From contig NIVC01001279.1 in NCBI GenBank assembly GCA_002269645.1, positions 62,001 through 126,000 of the forward strand: a stretch of DNA of 64,000 bases. The letters are read 5' to 3'. This DNA comes from Macrostomum lignano. Taxonomy: Eukaryota. A program made the position numbers and the translations under genes. Numbering within the stretch: the stretch's first letter is position 1; the number at the start of each line of letters is the position of its first letter. Under the pieces are notes generated by a model. The model was given only the letters and a program-made list of their open reading frames with translations. It did not search any database and had not been told where the DNA came from. Below are positions 34,508-44,093 of this stretch, piece by piece.

Positions 34508-37229
34508 ATGTCGCAAAAGCACTCTCAATCGATGATAAAATTCCTGGTATTTGCTTTAGGAATTTTTATTAGTTATTTTGTCTACGGATTGTTGCAGGAG
34601 AAAATGTGAGATTTTTCTATAACTGATAAAAATGCTTTATATTTATGCAATAAATATGTTTATTGCTGCTAGCTAAAATTTAACTATAATTTCATTTCGC
34701 AGCACAAAGACTGAGTACGGTCTGGACAAACAGACTTTTACGTTCACCTGCAGTATGGTGCTTATTCAGTGCGCCATTAATGCGGCATTCGCCGTGATTG
34801 GTGAGTCTAAGTGTATTTGTGTGTGTTGGGGATCTTTGTTTCTTTTGAAATTGTGCTTCTCATTCTTTATTTCTGCTATATTATTGTCAGACTTTATTTC
34901 TAATGTTGTTCAGTCTTTGTTTTTGATGTATGCCGGTCTTTGTTTCTGATGGTAGGCGGCATTTGTTTCTTATGTGTGTCGGGTCTTTGTTTCTGATGGT
35001 TGGCGGCATTTGTTTCTTATGTGTGTCGGGTCTTTGTTTCTGATGTGTGACGGTCTTTGTTTCTGATGTGTGTCAGTCTTTGTTTCTGATGTGTGTCAGT
35101 CTTTGTTTCTGATGTGTGTCGGTCTTTGTTTCTGTTGTGTGTCAATCTTTGTTTCTGATGTGTGACGGTCTTTGTTTCTGATGGTAGGCAGCATTTGTTT
35201 CTTATGTGTGTCGGGTCTTTGTTTCTGATGTGTGACGGTCTTTGTTTCTGATGTGTGTCAGTCTTTGTTTCTGATGTGTGTCGGTCTGTTTCTGATGTGT
35301 GTCGGTCTTTGTTTCATGTCTTTGTAATAGTTAATACATAGATTTCCTGCATTCCAGTTCCCGTGGTAATTTCATCTGGATCTTCATCGGCTGACAGCAC
35401 CTGGCGAGTTCCACCGTCAGCCTCCGTGTATTCATTTGCACTGGCTGCGTTCACCTACATCACCGCAATGTGGTCTAGTAATGCCGCACTTCAGTTCGTA
35501 TCTTATCCCACACAGGTGAGCTCAATACTTATGGATTTATAATTCAGTCATTTTAGGAAAGGCAAATGAAATGCAGAGAGATCAGGGTGTGGGGTGCAGG
35601 GAGATCAGGGTGTGGGGTGCAGGGAGATCAGGGTGTGGGGTGCAGGTAGATCAGGGTGTGGGGTGCAGGGAGATCAGGGTGTGGGGTGCAGGGAGATCAG
35701 GGTGTGGGGTGCAGGTAGATCAGTTGTGGGGTGCAGGGAGATCAGGGTGCAGGGAGATCAGGGTGCAGGGAGATCAGGGTGCAGGGAGATCAGGGTGCAG
35801 GGAGATCAGGGTGCAGGGAGATCAGGATACACGGGAAAAGGTACAAAGCCTGTGCCTCTACCAATCGACATCCCAGGTGCTGGGGAAGTCATGCAAGCCG
35901 ATCCCAGTGATGCTGTTAGGCCTGCTATTCGGCAAACGCTATCCAATGATAAAATACCTGCTAGTGCTGATCATTGTTGTTGGCGTATCGTTATTCCTGA
36001 TGAAAGACAGCAAAGGCACAGGCCCGGACACCGATCACAGCTTTGGTTTTGGAGAGTTTCTATTGGTAAGTTAATGCTTGTTGTGTTTTTTTTCAATTGG
36101 TTTCAATAATTGGAAACCTGTCTTGAATTGTTCATATTTCCTATTGACAATCATTTCAGCTGGTCTCTCTGCTATGCGACGGACTCACTGGTTTAGTGCA
36201 GGATCGAATCTGTTTAAAGCATAACTCAGTGTCCAGCTTTGCTATGATGTTCCAGATGAATTTGTGGTCTACTATCTATCTGTTTGTTGGTAAGCTTTAT
36301 TGCTCTCTATTTCATTGAAAATTTTGAGGCACTTTTGTTTGCAAAGCACTGCTTCTTCTGTTAGCAAAGCACTGCTTCTTCTGTTAGCAAATCACTGCTT
36401 CTTCTGTTAGCAAATCACTGCTTCTTCTGGTAGCAAATCACTGCTTCTTCTGTTAGCAAATCACTGCTTCTTCTGTTAGCAAAGCACTGCTTCTTCTGTT
36501 AGCAAATCACTGCTTCTTCTGTTAGCAAATCACTGCTTCTTCTGGTAGCAAAGCACTGCTTCTTCTGGTAGCAAATCACTGCTTCTTCTGGTAGCAAAGC
36601 ACTGCTTCTTCTGGTTGCAAATCACTGCTTCTTCTGGTAGCAAATCACTGCTTCTTCTGTTAGCAAATCACTGCTTCTTCTGGTTGCAAATCACTGCTTC
36701 TTCTGTTAGCAAAGCACTGCTTCTTCTGGTTGCAAATCACTGCTTCTTCTGGTAGCAAAGCACTGCTTTTTCTGCTTATTTTGCCTTTAAAATCACAGTT
36801 TTTGTCAAAAATTGACTACCCGACAATTCAATTAAGGATTCTCTCCCTTCTGTCACTGTTTTAGTTGCCGTAGCAACAGGCGAACTGCCTCAGTTCGTCG
36901 CATTCGTCGTGCAATACCACACCGTACTGTGGGACATCCTGCTGTTTAGCCTGTGCAGCGCCCTCGGCCAGCTGTTCATCTTTGCCACCGTGGTTAATTA
37001 TGGCCCGTTGAACTGCTCCTTGGTGACCACTACTCGAAAGTTCTTCACCATTCTCGGCTCCGTGATTCTGTTTGGTCACCCGCTGACTAACAGGCAGTGG
37101 CTTGGCACCTGCCTGGTCTTTGTTGGCCTTTTTGGCGAGTCTCTGGTTAAGAGGAAGCCGAATCTGGTTGCTCCTGCTGCTTCTGCTGACGCTGCGGTTG
37201 CTAATGGCAATGGGAAGAAAGCTCAATAG
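34508..37229 (+). CDS. SLC35B1: Solute carrier 35 member B1 (ER nucleotide-sugar / ATP-ADP transporter family); exons 34508-34605, 34703-34800, 35358-35515, 35877-36065, 36160-36289, 36865-37229 (345 aa)
   Basis: [58 protein letters not shown] and [23 protein letters not shown]. All junctions are GT-AG and phase-consistent (1038 nt). The C-terminal KKAQ is a KKxx ER-retrieval motif. Confidence 0.93.
34930..35320. repeat. TCTTTGTTTCTGATGTGTG minisatellite (SLC35B1 intron 2)
   Basis: About 22-bp degenerate units. Confidence 0.9.
35575..35826. repeat. G-rich 23-bp then 14-bp array (SLC35B1 intron 3)
   Basis: GATCAGGGTGTGGGGTGCAGGGA followed by GATCAGGGTGCAGG. Confidence 0.92.
36340..36775. repeat. 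23-bp minisatellite AAATCACTGCTTCTTCTGTTAGC (SLC35B1 intron 5)
   Basis: About 19 units. Confidence 0.95.
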
Positions 37230-37279
37230 AATTTTTTTAAGTGTTTAGAACTTTAAGATTTTAATTGTTCTTCTATAGC

Positions 37280-37285
37280 TTTGTG

Positions 37286-37316
<31 letters not shown>

Positions 37317-37357
37317 GTCTGTCTGTCTGTGTCTGTCTGTGTGTGTGTGTGTGTGTG

Positions 37358-37413
<56 letters not shown>

Positions 37414-37415
37414 CA

Positions 37416-37482
<67 letters not shown>

Positions 37483-37485
37483 TAG

Positions 37486-37537
<52 letters not shown>

Positions 37538-37563
37538 CATCTGTCTGTCTGTCTGTCTGTCCA

Positions 37564-37614
<51 letters not shown>

Positions 37615-37649
37615 TTGTGTTTGTCTGTCTGTCTGTCTGTCTGTCTTTG

Positions 37650-37693
<44 letters not shown>

Positions 37694-37695
37694 CA

Positions 37696-37782
<87 letters not shown>

Positions 37783-37817
37783 TTGTGTTTGTCTGTCTGT
37801 CTGTCTGTCTGTCTTTG

Positions 37818-37860
<43 letters not shown>

Positions 37861-37885
37861 GTGTCTGTCTGTGTTTGTCTCTGTC
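37280..37885. repeat. (GTCT)n microsatellite just 3' of the SLC35B1 stop
   Basis: Explains the VCLS and DRQT ORFs. Confidence 0.98.
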
Positions 37886-38534
37886 CGTCGGTCTTAACAG
37901 CTGTTTTTCTCTCTATCTATTATATGTATTCAAATTTGTATTGTATAAATCCTTTCAACTCAATATACCAGCATCAATATTTAGCCTGTGTTCTTGTTCG
38001 GATTTTCAAAAAATCCCGATATACTCACTATCAATCTATTATAAATTTACTGCTACCGATAAGTAGTGCTGTTTGCTTGTTTCGTATATTACTTTGTGTT
38101 TTCACAGGGTTATCTTAGTCAAACTTATAAAGTTTCTGGCTGTTAGAGATATTTAGGATCTTCCAATCAAAAGATTTTGAATCCCTAGTCAGACACTCGA
38201 CTCGATAAGGCGCATTAGTCGAATTTTTAATCCTCGATGTTTTTATTTACGGTAATTAACAATTAATTTGGTAAGCTTTATTGCTCTCTATTTCATTTGC
38301 ATCTTTACTACTAGCGCGTCTTGACGTTTAAGTAGTTACAGTGCGCATCGATGCGAAAATTAAATGATTTTACATCTAAAAAGAAGTTTGTCGGATCATC
38401 ATTCTCACTAATTTTTTGTTTTTTATTCAGTTTTTAGTTGATTGGTGTTTGATAAATTAAACGTTTTTTAAATGTTTTATGATGATGCAAATCTGCTTCT
38501 TAAGCGGAGCTATAGGGATCAGCTTAGCTGAGAA

Positions 38535-39110
38535 AGACCAGCCTCCCAGATCCTCAGTTTCTGGGCCAGCTTCCCAGAGCGTCAGTTGCTGGGCCAGCCT
38601 CCCATAGTGCTAGTTGCTGGGCCAGCCTCCCAGATCCTTAGTTGCTGGGCCATCCTCCCAGAGTGTCAGTTGCTGGGCCATCCTCCCAGAGTGTCAGTTA
38701 GCTGGGCCATCCTCCCAGAGTGTCAGTAGCTGGGCCATCCTCCCAGAGTGTCAGTAGCTGGGCCATCCTCCCAGAGTGTCAGTTGCTGGGCCATCCTCCC
38801 AGAGTGTCAGTTTTCTGGGCCAGCCTCCCAGAGTGTTAGTTGCTGGGCCAGCCTCCCAGAGTGTCAGTTGCTGGGCCATCCTCCCAGAGTGTCAGTTTGC
38901 TGGGCCAGCCTCCCAGAGTGTCAGTTTGCTGGGCCAGCCTCCCAGAGTGTTAGTTGCTGGGCCAGCCTCCCAGAGTGTCAGTTGCTGGGCCAGCCTCCCA
39001 GAGTGTCAGTTTGCTGGGCCAGCCTCCCAGAGTGTCAGTTTGCTGGGCCAGCCTCCCAGAGTGTCAGTTGCTGGGCCAGCCTCCCAGAGTGTCAGTTGCT
39101 GCTAGGCCAG
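38535..39110. repeat. 27-28-bp minisatellite GCTGGGCCAGCCTCCCAGAGTGTCAGTT
   Basis: About 20 units. Confidence 0.95.
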
Positions 39111-40154
39111 ACTCACAGAGCCTCATGAGCTTCATGTTAACTTCGCTAAGCTGATCCCTGCCATAATAAACGAATACGCTACTGCATATATTCCGCTATT
39201 GCCAAAGAAAATAATTATCGTTGTATTTTGTGCCTCCTGCCAGTTTAGTTTATCGGTAATTTTGTGCAAAAAGTGCAAACTTTATCTTTTGCAAACAGTG
39301 TTTCATTTTCCTTTGTGCTTTTCCGCAATGTCTCTATTTATAAACCAATGGCTGTTAAATGCACATTTAAAAGCAATGCCGTAGTTTTCAACTCTTGCTA
39401 TATAAAAAGAAAAAAACTTTGATGTAAGTACTTTCGACCTTGCGTAAGTAGCATTAAGGAAATTCTGCTACCGAAAGTTGCTTATCAATGAAAAAGCGTT
39501 GCATAATTTTTCCACCAATATTTTCTCTAATGCCGCTTGTTATTGCTAATGCGATCGACATATTGTCTTGCTGTTTGCAAACATGTGTGCTTTGCAAGTT
39601 TTGCCCGCTAGAAGAATGTTTAATAAAGAGTGCGTTATTTTGTTGTCTGCCAAAAATGTTCGCCTTGTCTTTGATTTGTTTTAGTTAATCTCTCGTTGAT
39701 TAGTGATTAGTTTCTTTTGATTTTGTTGTTGGTGTTTCATTTCTTGAGTATGCTGTTGTTTTGCTTATGAATTACTTGTGTTTAACTTAAATGCTACTAT
39801 TTATTGGTGTTCAATTTTCAGTCTATTATTGCTTTTCTGTGTTACGTGAAGTGGATAATTCAAAATCAAAAACGTTTATTTAAGTTTGTGGTTGAACAAG
39901 AATATATTGCTTCTTGCTGCAGCTGCTTTAGCTGTCTGTTAAATGTTTTATTGACAAAATGAAATTTAATTGTGCGTAAGAAATCAGTTATTGACTCTTT
40001 AGTCAGCTTTTATTATTTTCACCGGACTGACTAATTGGCGTGAGCTGTTGGGTGGTGGGCGCTGGGCGCTTAGATTTTAAGTGACATTTCGCTGAGAATA
40101 TGGCAGCTGAAATTTCCTTTCCTTCCTCGGGGCTTGCGGCCTCAGGAGCAGAAT

Positions 40155-40760
40155 GAACAGCCAATGAGAAAGCAGCAAGGAGAGAGTTCAAAGTCAGACG
40201 GACAAAATTCAGCCTAGAAGACAGCTCCAATCTAGCTCAGCCAATGAGAGAGCAGTAAGAATAGAGTTCAAAGTCAGACGGACAAAATTCAGCCTAGAAG
40301 ACAGCTCCAATCTAGCTCAGCCAATGAGAGAGCAGCAAGGAGAGAGTTCAAAGTCAGACGGACAAAATTCAGCCTAGAATACAGCTCCAATCTAGCTCAG
40401 CCAATGAGAGAGCAGCAAGGAGAGAGTTCAAAGTCAGACGGACAAAATTCAGCCTAGAAGGCAGCTCCAATCTAGCTCAGCCAATGAGAGAGCAGTAAGA
40501 AGAGAGTTCAAAGTCAGACGGACGAAATTCAGCCTAGAAGACAGCTCCAATCTAGCTCAGCCAATGAGAGAGCAGCAAGGAGAGAGTTCAAAGTCAGACG
40601 GACAAAATTCAGCCTAGAAGACAGCTCCAATCTAGCTCAGCCAATGAGAGAGCAGTAAGAAGAGAGTTCAAAGTCAGACGGACGAAATTCAGCCTAGAAG
40701 ACAGCTCCAATCTAGCTCAGCCAATGAGAGAGCAGCAAGGAGAGAGTTCAAGGTCAGACG
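40155..40760. repeat. 80-bp tandem repeat, about 8 copies, each with AGCCAATGAG
   Basis: Unit starts at 40158, 40238, 40318, ... 40718. Confidence 0.95.
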
Positions 40761-41267
40761 CAAGCGGTGCAAGAGGAAAGTCAAGCTGTTTATCGGCCTT
40801 GCTGGGGGCTGCCACCCCTTTTCTCTCTTGCTCGCTATGCAACACGTACTGAGAGCGTAGTAAGATTTGGAATTTTCAAGTTTGTCTGCAAGCTTCAGAT
40901 TAAAGTTCCTTTACTTTCAATATTTTCGAATAAGGGACGGCCTGGAGTTGGTTTAAAATGGTTAAAACAGTTTAATTTAATAATTTTCAATTGTACTACT
41001 ATAAAAGCGAAAACGTTAATTTTTCTACTAAAAAGGAGTACATCAGCGAATTTTTGCCTAGAAACCCAGATATTCGCGTATCTTTTTCGCCAACTGATAG
41101 TAGTAGTAATTATATTTGACTTAATTTTTTCACAAAGCACAAAAGATGCATATATTCAGCATGCTACTCACGTAAGTAGTAGCGTAGCGTTACCTAAATA
41201 AGCATGTCATCCGTGATCGCGTTTCGGATTAGCGAATCAGGCTAAACCACAGGGCTGCAATGCCATT

Positions 41268-41468
41268 GATTGGCCTGAAATTTGGCATGAAAGTCCCATC
41301 AAACGCGATAAGTCCTGCACTTCTCTACTGACCAGCGTGAGTCGCATTGGCTATAAGCCAGTAGTTATTGGCTGTTCAAGATTGCCGCTTCTCGCAAAGC
41401 ATTTTAAGCTGAATACGCTGGGTCAAGTTCTCAACTTTAGTGATAGCTTTGGAGACACTCAGGTAAGT
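41268..41468 (+). promoter_or_regulatory. Candidate promoter and non-coding first exon for the peptide gene
   Basis: ATTGG (reverse CCAAT) at about 41269, 41346 and 41367, TATAA at 41352, and a perfect donor CAG|GTAAGT at 41462/41463. Candidate acceptors at 43976, 43998 and 44091 (TTTAACAG|CCATG). Confidence 0.35.
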
Positions 41469-41519
41469 CACTCTGTAGCCTCTTGACTGACTCTCATCTG
41501 GCACCTGCACCTGTCTCCG

Positions 41520-42440
41520 CTCAACCTCTGCACCCTCTCTCTCTGTCCTCTCTCCCCCTCCCCCACTCCCTCTGCCGCCTCTCCCTTTGCCCCATCTCCC
41601 CCCCTTTCCTCTTTCCTCTGTCCACTCTCCTCTGCCCCATTCATTCTGCCTCCTCTCCTCTGCCCCATTCATTCTGCCTCCTCTCCTCTGCCCCATTCAT
41701 TCTGCCTCCTCTCCTCTGCCCCATTCATTCTGCCTCCTCTCCTCTGCCCCTCTCCTCTGCCCCCTCTCCTCTGCCCCCTCTCCTCTGCCCCCTCTCCTCT
41801 GCCCCCTCTCCTCTGCCCCCTCTCCTCTGCCCCCTCTCCTCTGCCCCCTCTCCTCTGCCCCATTCATTCTGCCTCCTCTCCTCTGTCCCTCTCCTCTGCC
41901 CCCTCTCCTCTGCCCCTCTCCTCTGCCCCCTCTCCTCTGCCCCCTCTCCTCTGCCCCCTCTCCTCTGCCCCCTCTCCTCCTGCCCCCTCTCCTCTGCCCC
42001 CTCTCCTCTGCCCCCTCTCCTCTGCCCCCTCTCCTCTGCCCCCTCTCCTCTGCCCCTCTCCTCCTGCCCCCTCTCCTCCTGCCCCTCTCCTCTGCCCCCT
42101 CTCCTCCTGCCCCCTCTCCTCTGCCCCTCTCCTCTGCCCCCTCTCCTCTGCCCCTCTCCTCTGCCCCTCTCCTCTGCCCCCTCTCCTCTGCCCCCCTCTC
42201 CTCTGCCCCCTCTCCTCCTGCCCCCTATCCTCTGCCCCTCTCCTCTGCCCCCTCTCCTCTGCCCCCTCTCCTCTGCCCCTCTCCTCTGCCCCCTCTCCTC
42301 CTGCCCCCTCTCCTCTGCCCCCTCTCCTCCTGCCCCCTCTCCTCTGCCCCTCTCCTCTGCCCCCTCTCCTCCTGCCCCCTCTCCTCTGCCCCCTCTCCTA
42401 CTGCCCCTCTCTTTGCCCCCTCTCCTCTCTCTCTCTCTCT
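41520..42440. repeat. C/T-rich CTCTCCTCTGCCCC array
   Basis: Explains the Pro/Leu/Ser ORFs 41483-42517. Confidence 0.95.
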
Positions 42441-43129
42441 CGTATACTGCCCGAAGGGGGGGGGCTACTACCTGGCTAGTCCCATTTACTAAAAATGAAT
42501 TTTCTGTCTCTAGGTAAGAGTGCGATTTGATTTCAGAAAAACGGCTCAACCGATTTTCATAAAACTTGCACCGTTCGATCAGAAATTTTCTGGTGACGGT
42601 TCATGTGTCGTGGCTAAGAAATTGCTCAGTACTAAGGGGATGAAATATTCGGGAAACATACGCTCGTAGTATCTAATTGTTACCATCCAAAAGCACTAAA
42701 AATGAGTCACTAGATGTCTTTCCAAATGAATATTTTTCAGAGTAAAAGAATAATTCAGAAACACAAGAGCAGAGAAAAAAATTTCGCCTTTTTAATCGCT
42801 TTTGTTACACCCCCCCCCTATCCTGCCAAATTCTGCTTAATAAAGCTCTAAACAGATTCCTAGCGTAGCCCTGCATTGCTGCTGGATAATTGGAAAGCAG
42901 GAGAAAAAGGCTTAAAGCTTTTTCGCAGCAAAACAGCCAGACTTACGGCAGACACATGTGGCCTAAAATGAGATTCATTCATGGGTTTCAGCAGTATTTA
43001 GCGGTGCATGCCTTCATTGTTCTGCAAATATACTGGTATTTTGAGCTACCTAAACAGAGCGCTGAAATTCGATTTGAATCTCAAACTGCACTATAGCGGC
43101 TTGCTAATTGTCATAGCAGTCCCTAGAAT

Positions 43130-43830
43130 TCACTATAGAAATCACTCTGGGAGTCACTATAGGAGTCACTCTAGAAGTCAATCTACGAGTCACTCTAGGA
43201 GTCACTCTGGGATCACTTAAGGGATCACTCTAGGGTCACTCTGGGATCACTTAAGGGATCACTCTAGGAGTCACTCTGGGATCACTTAAGGGGTCACTCT
43301 AAAAATAACTCTAAGAATCACTCTAGCCATCAATCTAGGAATCACTCTAGGAGTCACTCTAGGAATCACTCTGGGAGTCACTCTAGAAGTCCCTTTAAGA
43401 GTCACCCTAGGAGTCACTCTAAAAATAACTCTAAGAATCACTCTAGCCATCAATCTAGGAATCACTCTAGGAGTCACTCTAGGAATCACTCTAGGAGTCA
43501 CTCTAGAAGTCCCTTTAGGAGTCACTCTAGGAGTCACTCTGGGATCACTCTAGGAGTCACTCTAGAAATCCCTTTAAGAGTCAATCTAGGAGTCACTCTG
43601 GGATCACTTAAGGGGCCACTCTAGGAGTCACTCTAAAAATAACTCTAAGAATCACTCTAGCCATCAATCTAGGAATCACTCTAGGAGTCACTCTAGGAAT
43701 CACTCTAGGAGTCACTCTAGGAATCACTCTAGGAGTCACTCTAGGAATCACTCTAGGAGTCACTCTAGGAATCACTCTAGGAGTCACTCTAGAAGTCCCT
43801 TTAAGAGTCACTCTGGGAACTCTGGGAATA
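43130..43830. repeat. 12-bp AGGAGTCACTCT array
   Basis: Tandem units with higher-order blocks. Confidence 0.93.
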
Positions 43831-44093
43831 TCCCTAGCTATTTCTCGTCCCCTGTTTCTCATTCCCTGCTTCTCATCTTTATCACTAATTAGTTACTCAA
43901 ACGCTGAGTAGCATCCTTCCCGTCATTATCATTAGGGAACCCCAATATTTTGTTGGTTCACAATCGGACTTCTTAGAATATGTTTATAAAACATTCAGCT
44001 CGCATTCTCGCATGCCAGGGCGCTCGCACATCGCCGCGGCTCGACAACTGTTGAAATAGCATCGAATCACGCCACCAGCATAATTTAACAGCC

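Noticed and set aside
37253-38118. DRQT and VCLS ORFs
   Set aside because: Translations of (GTCT)n.
42446-42830. Possible Helentron/MITE fragment (AACCGATTTTCATAAAACTT motif, G and C runs at the ends)
   Set aside because: No convincing TIR pair or TSD could be defined by eye.
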